From contig CAJXRR010000001.1 of NCBI GenBank assembly GCA_913060575.1, positions 1 to 55,128 of the forward strand: a stretch of 55,128 nt of DNA, written 5' to 3'. Source of the stretch: an uncultured Flavobacterium sp. Lineage in GTDB: Bacteria; Bacteroidota; Bacteroidia; Flavobacteriales; Flavobacteriaceae. This document shows positions 8,515 through 19,353 of this stretch, one piece after another; within the stretch, counting starts at the first letter, position 1; the number at the start of each line of letters is the position of its first letter. A program made the position numbers and the translations under genes. Below the pieces are notes generated by a model. It saw only the letters and a list, made by a program, of their open reading frames with translations. It was not told the origin of the DNA and made no database searches.

Positions 8515-11349
8515 CTATTTTATTGAAAACGCTGTTTGTGCTTCGTCAATTTTTACCGTATACTTTCCTTTTGGTAAATAATATACTCCGTTTTGAGCTG
8601 CTGAAATAGAAGCATCTTTAAAGTTTCTTAAATAACGTTTTCTTCCTTTTTTAGAAAATGACACATCAAAAGTAGCTTCATTAAAACCGTTTTCGGATGC
8701 TATTTTAAAAGAATTTACTTTAATGTCTCCTAAATAAACATCTATCGTTGACTTTTTTGTTCTATTAGAAAAATAAGGAATGGTAATTTTTGGCGTATTT
8801 GGTTTTAACCATTTACTCCAAGTGCTTCCCCAGCCTGTTCTCTTTCTAATATTTGAAATAGAAAAAATATGCGTTTGTTTTGTGTCAAAATCATCTGTTA
8901 CTAACTGTAAAGACGCAATATTAGCTTTGTATAAGCTTCTACCGTGCGTTCCTAAAAGCAAATGTTTTGCTTCTGGTTGAATCACTAAATCATGAACTGC
9001 AACATTAGGAAGTCCGTTTGAAAAAGGAAGCCATTTTCCTCCCCTTGATAGTGAAGCATAAGCTCCATTATCAGTTCCTAGATATAATAAATCTGGATTT
9101 ACAGGATCTTCTTTGATTACATTGACTGGCGAAGTTGGAATATTATTAGAAATATTTTTCCATGTTATTCCGTAATCATCAGACATGTAAACATAAGCTG
9201 TAAAGTCATCCCAACGATATCCGTTTAAGGTAACATATACACGCTCTTTTTTATGCTGTGAAGCAATGACTCTGCTCACCCACAATTCTTTTGGAAATGA
9301 ATCGGATATTCTTTCCCAAGAACCACCACCATTTTTTGAAATGTGTACATGTCCATCATCCGAACCTACATATAACAAACCAAATTGAAAAGGCGATTCA
9401 GAAATCGTGGTTAATGTACCATAGGCAACATTTCCTTTTCTACCTCCGCCGGTTAGATCTTCAGAAATAGTCTCCCAGGTATCTCCTTGGTTTAAACTTC
9501 TGTGCAATTTGTTTCCTCCCAAATAAAGAATATCTTGATTGTGTTTTGATAAATGAATCGGTGTTTGCCAATTAAATCGATAAGGGTTTTCACCTAGCGT
9601 GTGTTTTGGCTGAATCTTTTTCCTTCTACCGGTTTCTCTGTTGATTCTAGAATAATTACCAAATTGATAGCCCGTATATACAATGTTTGGATTTCTTTCA
9701 TCCACTTGAACTTGCATTCCGTCTCCACCCATAATTTCTTCGTATGGGTTTTGACCCGATTGATGCCAGCTCTTATCTATTTTAGCAGTATGCTTTGCCG
9801 TCCAAACACCATTATCTTGCAAGCCACCATAAACATTATATGGTGTTTGATTGTCTGCATAAATTGCATAAAACTGCCCAACAGAAGGAACATTTAGTTT
9901 CGTCCAACTCTCTCCATCATCGTATGATAAATTCAATCCACCATCATTTCCATCTATTAAATGACCTTTTCTATTGGGGTTTACCCATAAAGCTTGATGA
10001 TCAGCATGTACATTTTCTCTACTGATAGACTCAAAGGTTTTTCCTCCATCTTTCGATTTTAAAATAGGAACTCCCATGACATAGATTCCGTTTTTATCTT
10101 GCGGGTCTACACGGATTTCACCGAAATAATATCCATAAGAAAAATACAAGTCATCTATTTGTCCTTTATGAGTTTTTTTCCAAGATTTTCCTCCATTAGT
10201 TGTCATAAAAACCTCAGCGCCTTCAACAGGTGTGTCAAATAATAACGAGTTCGCATCTTCTAAGTATTTAGCCAAATCGATTGGTTTTACAGAACCTACT
10301 CTCACCATTTGTTTTACGTTTTCAGCTCTATATTTTTCTTGAAATCCGTTCGTTTTTAAATAACTATTTATTTTTTGGTCGGTTAATTTCAAGAATTCGT
10401 CTACAGACATTTTTTTAAAATCTTCTTTGCTTAAAGTCTTAGAAGTTTCTTTTTTATTCACATCAGATGTTCTTCTAAACTGACTGTCGTGAAGAGCATA
10501 TACTGTGTTTTCGTCATAAACCGTCAATCCAATTCTACCTACTCCATCGCCATTTCTAAACCCATTTTTTTTTGAGATGTTAGTCCAAGAATCTCCTCCA
10601 TCTGTACTTTTAAAGATTGCTGAGTTTTTCCCATTTCCTTGAAAATTCCAAGCTTTTCTATCTCTTTCCCAAGAAGCCGCATACAATACATTTGGATTTT
10701 CAGGAGCAGCAACCACATCTATAATTCCTGTATCATTATTAATAAATAATGTCTTTGTCCAAGATTTCCCACCATCAACTGTTTTAAAAATTCCGCGCTC
10801 TTCATTTGAAGAATATAAATGACCAATAACACCAACAACAACTTCATTCGAATTGTTTGGGTTGATGACAACTCTACTAATATGATGCGAATCTTCCAAG
10901 CCGATATGTTCCCATGTTTTTCCTTGATCTGTCGATTTCAACATTCCTATTCCGGCATAAGAAGAACGAGAAGAGTTTTTTTCACCCGTTCCAACCCAAA
11001 TCGTTCCATTTTTCCAATCAATAGCGATATCACCTACATTTTGAGTTGGACTAGAGTCTAGCAAAGGAGTAAAAGTGGTTCCGTTATTATTTGTATACCA
11101 CAAACCTCCAGATGCATAACCTACATAAAATTCTGTTGGATCATTAGGGTTTACATCGATATCTGCCATTCTACCACTCATAATTGTAGGGCCAATATTG
11201 GTAAAAGGAATGTTTTTAATAATCGAAGTTTCTGTTAACTTTTGCTTTTCTTGAAGTGCTTTTTTAACAAGCTCTGAATTGGTTGCAGGTTGCTGTGCAG
11301 ACAAGCAAATTGTGGTAAATAAGAATACGATTCTAAAAATTGATTTCAT
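8515..11349 (-). CDS. Secreted VPS10/sortilin-like BNR-repeat beta-propeller protein (putative glycosyl hydrolase)
   Basis: Signal peptide; many Asp-box repeats (STDQGKTW, TVDGGKSW, SYDDGESW, SDDYGITW); HADHQALW, GTHGRS. Confidence 0.85.
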   Translation of the reverse strand: MKSIFRIVFLFTTICLSAQQPATNSELVKKALQEKQKLTETSIIKNIPFTNIGPTIMSGRMADIDVNPNDPTEFYVGYASGGLWYTNNNGTTFTPLLDSSPTQNVGDIAIDWKNGTIWVGTGEKNSSRSSYAGIGMLKSTDQGKTWEHIGLEDSHHISRVVINPNNSNEVVVGVIGHLYSSNEERGIFKTVDGGKSWTKTLFINNDTGIIDVVAAPENPNVLYAASWERDRKAWNFQGNGKNSAIFKSTDGGDSWTNISKKNGFRNGDGVGRIGLTVYDENTVYALHDSQFRRTSDVNKKETSKTLSKEDFKKMSVDEFLKLTDQKINSYLKTNGFQEKYRAENVKQMVRVGSVKPIDLAKYLEDANSLLFDTPVEGAEVFMTTNGGKSWKKTHKGQIDDLYFSYGYYFGEIRVDPQDKNGIYVMGVPILKSKDGGKTFESISRENVHADHQALWVNPNRKGHLIDGNDGGLNLSYDDGESWTKLNVPSVGQFYAIYADNQTPYNVYGGLQDNGVWTAKHTAKIDKSWHQSGQNPYEEIMGGDGMQVQVDERNPNIVYTGYQFGNYSRINRETGRRKKIQPKHTLGENPYRFNWQTPIHLSKHNQDILYLGGNKLHRSLNQGDTWETISEDLTGGGRKGNVAYGTLTTISESPFQFGLLYVGSDDGHVHISKNGGGSWERISDSFPKELWVSRVIASQHKKERVYVTLNGYRWDDFTAYVYMSDDYGITWKNISNNIPTSPVNVIKEDPVNPDLLYLGTDNGAYASLSRGGKWLPFSNGLPNVAVHDLVIQPEAKHLLLGTHGRSLYKANIASLQLVTDDFDTKQTHIFSISNIRKRTGWGSTWSKWLKPNTPKITIPYFSNRTKKSTIDVYLGDIKVNSFKIASENGFNEATFDVSFSKKGRKRYLRNFKDASISAAQNGVYYLPKGKYTVKIDEAQTAFSIK

Positions 11350-11505
11350 GATGATTGGTTTGTTTGTAATAGGTCTGATTTAAGTAAAACCAAAAATAAC
11401 GAATAAATTTTTGATGTAGTTAATGACCTGCTGTTCATAACTCTTTTCCAATTTCTGAACTTATTTGACTAATTTGTAGCTTATTAACTAATTAAAATTT
11501 TTATT

Positions 11506-11751
11506 ATGGGTCTATTATATAGTTTGCTAATCGGAGGAATAGCTGGTTTTTTAGCAGGAAAATTAATGAAGGGTGGTGGTTTTGGAATTTTGATCAATAT
11601 CATTTTAGGAATCATTGGTGGTTTTGTTGGTAGCTGGTTATTTGGACTTGCCGAAATCTCTATTGGTAGTGGTATTGTCAGCGATCTTGTAACTGGTGTT
11701 ATTGGTGCGGTTGTGATATTATTTGTCGCTGGACTATTGAATAAAAAATAA
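11506..11751 (+). CDS. GlsB/YeaQ/YmgE family stress-response membrane protein
   Basis: 81 aa, Gly-rich 3-TM, IAGFLAGKLMKGGGFG..NIILGIIG. Confidence 0.92.
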   Translation: MGLLYSLLIGGIAGFLAGKLMKGGGFGILINIILGIIGGFVGSWLFGLAEISIGSGIVSDLVTGVIGAVVILFVAGLLNKK

Positions 11752-11776
11752 GAAATTATTTTTAAGAATTTTAACG

Positions 11777-11805
11777 AAAGAACTCACAAAATTGGGTTCT
11801 TTTTT
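11777..11805 (+). terminator. Intrinsic terminator
   Basis: AAAGAACTCA..TGGGTTCTTT then T-run. Confidence 0.7.
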
Positions 11806-11854
11806 GGAAAAGAATAAAAAAGTCTTAATAAAGTTAACAAAACATTTATCGGTG

Positions 11855-11862
11855 TACCTTTG
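11855..11862 (+). promoter_or_regulatory. -7 promoter element for DEAD-box helicase
   Basis: TACCTTTG 50 nt upstream of ATG. Confidence 0.6.
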
Positions 11863-11912
11863 CACGACTATTCAGAAAAGACAATTCTTTTGTTTTTTCA
11901 TAAACATTATAG

Positions 11913-13208
11913 ATGTCATTTAAAGATTTAGGATTATCAGATGCTTTAGTAAAAGCTGTTAAAGAAAAAGGATATACAACTCCTTCTCCCATTCAAGAAA
12001 AAGCAATTCCACATATTTTAGCAGGTAAAGATGTACTTGCTTCTGCACAAACAGGAACCGGAAAAACTGCAGGTTTTACCTTACCTGTACTTCAATATTT
12101 ATCAGAAACCAAACACCCAAAATACAGACCTTTAAGAGCTTTAGTGTTGACTCCTACAAGAGAATTAGCTGCGCAAGTATATGACAATGTAAGAGAATAT
12201 AGTTCGTATTTAAACATTCATTCTGCTGTAGTTTTTGGTGGTGTAAAAGCGGCTTCTCAAATTGCAACACTTAGAAGAGGTGTCGATATTTTAGTGGCCA
12301 CTCCAGGAAGATTATTGGATTTACACGATCAAAAAGCAGTCTCTTTTAAACGAATTGATGTCTTAATTTTAGATGAAGCTGACAGGATGTTGGATATGGG
12401 TTTTGTTAGAGATATCAATAAAATCATCAGTTTTATGCCTGCTAAGAGGCAAAATTTGATGTTTTCTGCTACCTTTTCAAAAGACATTAAGCAACTTGCT
12501 CAAGGTATTTTAAGAAATCCTGTAATGGTTGAAGCGGAGCCTGAGAATTCAACTGCTGAAATGGTGACTCAAAAAGCCTATCAGGTTGATAAAAATAAAA
12601 AAACAGAAGTGGTTACCAATCTTATAAAAAACGGAAACTGGAATCAGGTTTTGATTTTTATGAGAACCAAACATGGCGCCAATAAACTAACTAAAAAGTT
12701 ACTTCAATCTGGAATTTCAGCTGCCGCAATTCATGGAAATAAGAGTCAAGGAGCAAGAACAAAAGCCTTGTCAAATTTTAAAACCAATGATATTAGAGTA
12801 TTGGTCGCTACAGATATCGCAGCACGTGGTTTAGACATTCCGTTATTACCACATGTCATCAATTTTGAACTGCCAAATATTCCAGAAGATTATGTTCATA
12901 GAATTGGTAGAACAGGAAGAGCTGGAGCAAGTGGAGAAGCGATTTCTTTAGTTTGTAGTGAAGAAACAGAATATCAAAGAGAAATAGAAAAACTGCTGGG
13001 CAAGAAATTGTCAACAGAAATTATAGAAGGTTACGAACCCACTGATAATGCGCCTCCAAAAAGAGCCGCTACTCAAACAAAAGGTTCTTTTAATAAGAAT
13101 ACTTCTGGCGGAAACAAATCAAAAAAGAAACCTCATTTTAAAGGAAACAAACCTTCATCTCCATCTGGACGAGGTAGAACAGGCGCTCCTAAAAAGAAGC
13201 GATATTAG
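11913..13208 (+). CDS. rhlE: DEAD-box RNA helicase, RhlE-like
   Basis: Q motif, [30 protein letters not shown]; basic C-terminal tail. Confidence 0.9.
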   Translation: MSFKDLGLSDALVKAVKEKGYTTPSPIQEKAIPHILAGKDVLASAQTGTGKTAGFTLPVLQYLSETKHPKYRPLRALVLTPTRELAAQVYDNVREYSSYLNIHSAVVFGGVKAASQIATLRRGVDILVATPGRLLDLHDQKAVSFKRIDVLILDEADRMLDMGFVRDINKIISFMPAKRQNLMFSATFSKDIKQLAQGILRNPVMVEAEPENSTAEMVTQKAYQVDKNKKTEVVTNLIKNGNWNQVLIFMRTKHGANKLTKKLLQSGISAAAIHGNKSQGARTKALSNFKTNDIRVLVATDIAARGLDIPLLPHVINFELPNIPEDYVHRIGRTGRAGASGEAISLVCSEETEYQREIEKLLGKKLSTEIIEGYEPTDNAPPKRAATQTKGSFNKNTSGGNKSKKKPHFKGNKPSSPSGRGRTGAPKKKRY

Positions 13209-13331
13209 CATACGTTTAAAGGTTTGTTTATCGATTGTCTTAAGTTTTTATCTCAACATTTGTAACTAATTCTCAAGTTTCAAGTTGGTGTTTATTATTC
13301 ATATCTTTGTTTTTTACTCAAAAAACACTCC

Positions 13332-14627
13332 ATGAAATATCACCAAATAGATTCTCAGCTTTATATAAAGAACAGAAAAAACTTTATGGCTCAAATGAAG
13401 CCTAATAGTTTAGCTGTTTTTAACTCTAACGACATTTATCCTATTAGCGCAGACAGCACCATGCCGTTCGAACAACATAGAGATATTTTATACTTAAGTG
13501 GAATAGATCAAGAAGAAAGTGTGTTGGTTTTATTTCCAGATGCTCCAAAAGAAAAACATCGCGAAATCTTATTCTTAAAAGAAACGAACGAACATATTGC
13601 CGTTTGGGAAGGTGAAAAACTAACCAAAGAAGCTGCCTTGAAAACTTCAGGAATTAAGACGGTTTATTGGTTGCAAGATTTAGAAAAAATCATGTTTGAG
13701 CTTTCTACTCAATGTGATACTTTTTACATCAACACTAACGAACATTACAGAGCAAATGTAGAAACTGAAACTAGAGAAGATCGTTTTACAAAATGGTTGC
13801 TTGGAAAATATCCTGCGCATTCAGTTGCAAAAAGTAATCCTATTTTACAACGCTTACGCTCTGTGAAAGATCAGATTGAATTAGATTTGATGCAACATGC
13901 TTGTAATATTACTGAAAAAGGGTTTCTTAGGATTTTAAACTTTATAAAACCAGATGTTTGGGAATATGAAATTGAAGCCGAATTATTACATGAGTTTGTG
14001 AGAAATAGATCGAAAGGTTTTGCATATACACCAATTATTGCTTCTGGAAATAACGCTAATGTGTTACATTATATAGAGAACAATCAGCAATGTAAAGCAG
14101 GGGATTTAATCTTGTTTGATATCGCCGCAGAGTATGCAAATTATAAAAGTGATTTATCTAGAACCGTTCCTGTTTCTGGGCGATTTTCAGATCGCCAAAA
14201 AGAAGTCTATAATGCTGTAAACAGGGTAAAAAATGATGCGACAAAATTATTAGTTCCCGGTGCTTTATGGGAAGAATATCATGTAGAAGTTGGAAAATTA
14301 ATGACTTCTGAATTGCTGGGTTTAGGCTTGCTAGACAAGGCTGATGTTCAAAATGAAGATAAAGATTGGCCTGCATATAAAAAATATTTTATGCACGGAA
14401 CTTCCCATCATATTGGATTAGACACGCACGATTATGGATTGCTTCATGAGCCAATTCAGGCGAATATGGTTTTTACAGTAGAGCCTGGAATTTACATTCC
14501 TGAGGAAGGTTTTGGAATTCGTTTAGAAGATGATGTTGTGGTACAAAAATCTGGAGAACCTTTTAACTTAATGGGAAATATTCCTATTGAAGCTGATGAA
14601 ATTGAAGCCTTGATGAACAAGGATTAA
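13332..14627 (+). CDS. pepP: Xaa-Pro aminopeptidase (M24B)
   Basis: LHY..N, D..AE..NY.SD..RT, HGTSHHIGLDTHD, TVEPGIY, GIRLEDD; TATCTTTG at 13302-13309. Confidence 0.93.
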   Translation: MKYHQIDSQLYIKNRKNFMAQMKPNSLAVFNSNDIYPISADSTMPFEQHRDILYLSGIDQEESVLVLFPDAPKEKHREILFLKETNEHIAVWEGEKLTKEAALKTSGIKTVYWLQDLEKIMFELSTQCDTFYINTNEHYRANVETETREDRFTKWLLGKYPAHSVAKSNPILQRLRSVKDQIELDLMQHACNITEKGFLRILNFIKPDVWEYEIEAELLHEFVRNRSKGFAYTPIIASGNNANVLHYIENNQQCKAGDLILFDIAAEYANYKSDLSRTVPVSGRFSDRQKEVYNAVNRVKNDATKLLVPGALWEEYHVEVGKLMTSELLGLGLLDKADVQNEDKDWPAYKKYFMHGTSHHIGLDTHDYGLLHEPIQANMVFTVEPGIYIPEEGFGIRLEDDVVVQKSGEPFNLMGNIPIEADEIEALMNKD

Positions 14628-14669
14628 CATTGGTTTTATTGTTTTTTAAAAAGTTAGTATATTATTGTA

Positions 14670-15848
14670 ATGAAAAAGTCAATTCTTTTCTTTTCGTTTT
14701 TAGTTTTTCTTTTTTTTAGCTGCAAAAAAGAAAGTTTAAAAGATAAACTGCATGGTGTTTGGGTGTATGAAAACAGGATTCAATATGAATCTAAAAATGA
14801 TACCATTGGGCATTATTACAATCCAGAAGTTATCATTTACGATTTCAAAAAAAACGGAGAATTATTAATCAAAAACTACAACACTTTTAATTCTGGCACT
14901 CAAGAATACAAGAAAACTTGGGTTATCTCATCAGATTCTATTTTGACTATTGATAGTTTAAAATACCCTCTAATTAAGATCACTAAAAACTATCTTCAAC
15001 TTATTGATTCCTTTGAGTATGATTACTCAAAAATTACATTTAAAAAAGCAAAAAAAACAAATATTAATTATACAAAAGAGCAAGTAAAGAATATTCTTTT
15101 GTCAAATGTTTGGTCTGTTAAGGATACGTCAGAAATTTCTTGGCAAACTCATTTTGAGTATTTTGATAATAAAACAATGGTTTATCGATATAAGTACAAT
15201 AAAAATGAAAGCAATAGTTTTTTTTCTGAATTTGACAATCTTCACTCAGAATCATGGGGAATAGATAAATACAAGGATTATTATTTTCTATACCTTTATT
15301 ATAATTGGAGTTTAAATAATGGTAGCGGCGGTTCTAATAATAAAATAAATCAACTTCTAGAATTAAGCACCTTTTCTTATACAATTTCTGATTTCGAAAG
15401 CAACAATAATAAACGTACATATTTAAGTAAAAAATATGATGACAATAAAGATCTTAACTCACAAAGAATTATTGGAGATTGGGTAAGTTATAATTCGGAA
15501 GACAAATTATATGATGTTTATTTATCAAACAAAAGGATGAAAAAATATGATAGTCTTTATGTTGGAAGCCTCAACCTTACTATCAAAAATAAAAACTTGG
15601 CTTTTAAAATAGATTCTTACGATACTATAGAGTATGATTGGAAATTAAGTAAAGACGGAAAAATATTAGTCTTAGAGTATCAAATTGATGAACCAGATAG
15701 AAAAGGAGTTCATGTTGAATATGCTGATATTTTAGAATTAACTGACAAGAAATTAAAAATCAGGTTATTTGATAATAGTTACTTTACTGGTCAAGAAGAT
15801 CCTTATAAATTATTACTCAATAAAATTCAAGGCTTTGAAAGAAAATAA
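14670..15848 (+). CDS. Hypothetical lipoprotein with three lipocalin-like units
   Basis: Lipobox FFSC; LHGVW, LLSNVW, IIGDW unit starts; ILELTDKKL-type ends; very AT-rich. Confidence 0.7.
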   Translation: MKKSILFFSFLVFLFFSCKKESLKDKLHGVWVYENRIQYESKNDTIGHYYNPEVIIYDFKKNGELLIKNYNTFNSGTQEYKKTWVISSDSILTIDSLKYPLIKITKNYLQLIDSFEYDYSKITFKKAKKTNINYTKEQVKNILLSNVWSVKDTSEISWQTHFEYFDNKTMVYRYKYNKNESNSFFSEFDNLHSESWGIDKYKDYYFLYLYYNWSLNNGSGGSNNKINQLLELSTFSYTISDFESNNNKRTYLSKKYDDNKDLNSQRIIGDWVSYNSEDKLYDVYLSNKRMKKYDSLYVGSLNLTIKNKNLAFKIDSYDTIEYDWKLSKDGKILVLEYQIDEPDRKGVHVEYADILELTDKKLKIRLFDNSYFTGQEDPYKLLLNKIQGFERK

Positions 15849-15860
15849 AGCTGTCATTTT

Positions 15861-16646
15861 TTAAGCCGTAATTCCTTTTAAGAAACCAATTGTTTTGGTG
15901 TTAAAATCTTCAGGTTGTTCTACGTTTACAACATGTCCACAATTCTCAACAACATATAACGTAGATTGAACATGTTGTTTTACCACTCTTTTAATAGAAG
16001 GTAAAAACAAATGATCTTGTGCTCCCATCACATACAATGTAGGAATTTGAATATCTGTTGCTCTAAAAAAACGTAACAAAGGATTAATTTCTGCCGTTAA
16101 TTTAAACCATCTGATGAACTCTTTTTGGTACAATTTTTTAGCCTCGTTTACAAAAAGAATTCGAGACTCTTTATGATTTTTCTTTGGCATAATGATAAAA
16201 GCAAACAGCTTATATAATAACATATAAGGCACTACAGATTTGAAAACATTTCCGACACGCATCAGAATCTGAGAGCGTACATTTAGCTTTAAAATAGCAC
16301 CACCCATGACCATACTTTCAACTAAATCTGGTCTTTTTTCTGCTAGATTTCTAATTAAAATAGTTCCTAAAGAAATACCTATAAAATGAGATTTTTTAAT
16401 CTCTAAATGCTCTAAAACCTCAATAATATCTTCGGTAATTGCATCAAAGGTGTACTCTTCATTAAATGAGTCTTTGATTGTTGGCTTACTGTTTCCGTGG
16501 CCTCTAAGATCTAAGACAAGTACATTAAACTCTTTTTTAAACGCTCGTATTTGACGAAACCAAATAGAACTGCTTCCGCCAGCTCCATGGACAAAACTTA
16601 CCCACTTTGTGGTGTTTTCGTTTAAATATGTATAATGATTCAGCAT
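15861..16646 (-). CDS. Alpha/beta hydrolase
   Basis: FVHGAGG, DLRGHG, GISLG nucleophile, CGHVVNVE; start moved to MLNHY to remove overlap with brnQ. Confidence 0.9.
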   Translation of the reverse strand: MLNHYTYLNENTTKWVSFVHGAGGSSSIWFRQIRAFKKEFNVLVLDLRGHGNSKPTIKDSFNEEYTFDAITEDIIEVLEHLEIKKSHFIGISLGTILIRNLAEKRPDLVESMVMGGAILKLNVRSQILMRVGNVFKSVVPYMLLYKLFAFIIMPKKNHKESRILFVNEAKKLYQKEFIRWFKLTAEINPLLRFFRATDIQIPTLYVMGAQDHLFLPSIKRVVKQHVQSTLYVVENCGHVVNVEQPEDFNTKTIGFLKGITA

Positions 16647-16675
16647 AATATAAGCGGTAAAGATACTCTTAATTT

Positions 16676-17974
16676 CTAGGATGCTGAAGATTCTGTAAAA
16701 GCTGGATTTGTTTTGCGCTGAAACAAATTCAATAGCACAAAAATAATCACTGCAGGAATTACCCATCCTAAACTTTGAGAAGATAGTGGAATCCATTCTG
16801 ATATGGGTTTCAAAAAGTCTCCTATGCCTAAAGTGTTTAAAAAATCAGGAATACTAAATAAAAAGGTTGCAATTACAACTCCTTTGAATACTAAAGGAGA
16901 AGCCCATTTATTTGAAACCACGTTTAAAAGAATTAAGATAATGGTAATTGGGTAAATAAACATCAATGCAGGAACAGCGACTTTAATGATAAAACTAACT
17001 TCAAAATGACCAATTAAAACCCCTAAAACACAACTTATAAAAGCGGTAATGATGTATGCTTTTTGAGAATCTTTAAAAATCCCTTTGGCATAATCTGCAG
17101 CTCCAGTTACAATTCCGACTCCGGTAGTAAAACAAGCCAATGCTACTAAAACACTTAAAAAAGAGGTTCCAATGGTTCCTAAGGTTTGTGTGCTTAAACC
17201 TGTTAGAATTTCAGTTCTTGAAGCGTCTTCAGGAAACGTTGAACTTAATAAAGCTCCACTAAAAATTAATCCTCCATAAATTAACAACAATCCTATTCCT
17301 GCAATAAACCCCGATTTGGTAATCAATTCTTTCTTAGCCTGATAAGAATTATGTCCTCTCATATGCAAAGAGATCACAATTACAGCTCCAACCACCACAC
17401 CTCCAATAGCATCAAAAGTTTGATACCCTTCTAAAATTCCACTAACAAAAGGAACTTCATAGGTGTTTAAATTCATTACTTGTGGAGAGGATGATAATGC
17501 CAACGCTATAATTGCCAATAAAATGATGACAATAATTGGTGTTAAAAACTTTCCAATTAGGCTTATAATCTTAGAGCGATTAATCACAAAAATGAAAATC
17601 AATATAAAATAAATAGTGCTAGTTAATAACGAACTTGATCCAAAAAAAGGATCAATTGCCATTTCATGAGTTACAGAAGCTGTTCTTGGTGCCGGAATTG
17701 TAACCGCAATTAGATAAATTAACACACAATACAAAGAACTAAACCAAGGCGATACTTTTTTTCCCAAATCGTATAAGGTTCCTTGAACTTTTGCATGCGC
17801 TAAAATTCCTAAAATTGGAATAAAAACTGCGGTAATAATAAATCCTAAAACCACCATCAACCATTGATTTCCAGAATTGACTCCTAAAAAAGGTGGAAGA
17901 ATTAGATTTCCTGCTCCAAAAAAGAGTGCAAAGAGCGCAAATCCGCTCATCCAAATTTCTTTCGTTTTATTCAT
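16676..17974 (-). CDS. brnQ: Branched-chain amino acid transport system II carrier
   Basis: FALFFGAGNLILPP, IPAPRTA, GYQTFDA, LACFTT; about 12 TM helices. Confidence 0.94.
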   Translation of the reverse strand: MNKTKEIWMSGFALFALFFGAGNLILPPFLGVNSGNQWLMVVLGFIITAVFIPILGILAHAKVQGTLYDLGKKVSPWFSSLYCVLIYLIAVTIPAPRTASVTHEMAIDPFFGSSSLLTSTIYFILIFIFVINRSKIISLIGKFLTPIIVIILLAIIALALSSSPQVMNLNTYEVPFVSGILEGYQTFDAIGGVVVGAVIVISLHMRGHNSYQAKKELITKSGFIAGIGLLLIYGGLIFSGALLSSTFPEDASRTEILTGLSTQTLGTIGTSFLSVLVALACFTTGVGIVTGAADYAKGIFKDSQKAYIITAFISCVLGVLIGHFEVSFIIKVAVPALMFIYPITIILILLNVVSNKWASPLVFKGVVIATFLFSIPDFLNTLGIGDFLKPISEWIPLSSQSLGWVIPAVIIFVLLNLFQRKTNPAFTESSAS

Positions 17975-18523
17975 TTATATGCGTTTTTTAATCAAAAAGA
18001 GCAAAAAATTGACAATTATGTACAAAATTCCAATCAAAATGATGATAAATTTAATTGTTGCAAAATAGAAAGCAATGGAAACCCAATGTTGTTCCATGTT
18101 TCCTAACACCAGATTAATTAATCCAATATTTTCTATATAATCAAAGATTCCTGCTAAAAAAACTAGCCATATTAATCCATTTCCAATACTTAGAAAAGAG
18201 CTTTTAGACCATAATTTTTCATTCAGCTGATGAATTAAAAGTCCAATCAATGATGTGTAAGCAATCGGAAATAAGAAATCAAATCCCAATCCTAAAGACA
18301 CGGCTATTTTTCCTTGTTCTCCCCAAGAATTTAAATACGACCCCGCAGTTTCTAAATCTTTTGACAATTCAAAAGAGACAATTCCTCCCGTACAGGTGTC
18401 ATTTATTAAAAACTGATCCAAGTATTTTAACACAGCAATGCAAATTACCGTAACAAACAAGAGTGTTCTTGTGAGTTTTTTTTCTTGATTTTTTGTAAGT
18501 TTAGAAAACGGTGATGAAAACAT
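17975..18523 (-). CDS. Hypothetical membrane protein (4 TM)
   Basis: GIVSFEL, DFLFP.AY, AGIFDYIEN motifs; abuts brnQ. Confidence 0.8.
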   Translation of the reverse strand: MFSSPFSKLTKNQEKKLTRTLLFVTVICIAVLKYLDQFLINDTCTGGIVSFELSKDLETAGSYLNSWGEQGKIAVSLGLGFDFLFPIAYTSLIGLLIHQLNEKLWSKSSFLSIGNGLIWLVFLAGIFDYIENIGLINLVLGNMEQHWVSIAFYFATIKFIIILIGILYIIVNFLLFLIKKRI

Positions 18524-18568
18524 GAATTAAAGTCTCTGACAAATACGAAAGATACATATTTTTGCAAG

Positions 18569-19351
18569 ATGGAAAAGTCGCTTTCTTTTAAAAATACAAA
18601 AGTCTCCTATACCGATTTTGGAAAGGGTTCTGTGGTCGTATTGTTGCATGGTTTTTTAGAAAATTCTACCATGTGGAATGCTATAATTCCAGAAATCTCG
18701 AAAACCAACAGAGTACTAGCCATTGATTTATTAGGACATGGAAAAACGGAATGTTTAGGATATGTTCATTCTATGGAGACCATGGCAGATGCTGTTTTTG
18801 AAGTACTAAAATCGTTACGGATTAGAAAAATTACACTTATTGGTCATTCTATGGGTGGTTATGTTGGGCTAGCTTTTGCTGAAAAACATGCTAAAATGAT
18901 TAAAGGATTATGTTTAATGAATTCTACTTCTTTAGCCGATGATGAAGAACGAAAAGAATTAAGAGCCAGAGCGAATAAAATGGTGCAGCATAATTTTAAG
19001 AACATGGTACAAATGTCTTTCACTAATTTGTTTAGTGAAAAAAGCAGAACTAAGTTCAAACCCGAAATGGAGTTGGCTTTAGCTGAAGCTTTAAAAACAC
19101 CTGTACAAGGCTATATCGCCTGCCAAGAAGGCATGAGAATTCGGCCTAATAGAACTCGTGTGCTGAGTGAAAATTCATTTAAAAAGCTGATTATTATTGG
19201 AAAGAAAGATCCGGTACTGACTTTTGAAGAAGCTTTAGAGGAGGTCAAAAAAACAAATTCAGAAGCAATCGTTTTTGAGGACGGACATATGAGCCATATT
19301 GAGAATAAAAAAGAACTTAGTGTAGCTTTAAAGGGTTTTGTGAGGAGTTAA
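18569..19351 (+). CDS. Alpha/beta hydrolase
   Basis: LLHGFLE, DLLGHG, GHSMGG, GHMSHIE; TATTTTTG 4 nt upstream of ATG. Confidence 0.92.
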   Translation: MEKSLSFKNTKVSYTDFGKGSVVVLLHGFLENSTMWNAIIPEISKTNRVLAIDLLGHGKTECLGYVHSMETMADAVFEVLKSLRIRKITLIGHSMGGYVGLAFAEKHAKMIKGLCLMNSTSLADDEERKELRARANKMVQHNFKNMVQMSFTNLFSEKSRTKFKPEMELALAEALKTPVQGYIACQEGMRIRPNRTRVLSENSFKKLIIIGKKDPVLTFEEALEEVKKTNSEAIVFEDGHMSHIENKKELSVALKGFVRS

Positions 19352-19353
19352 TG

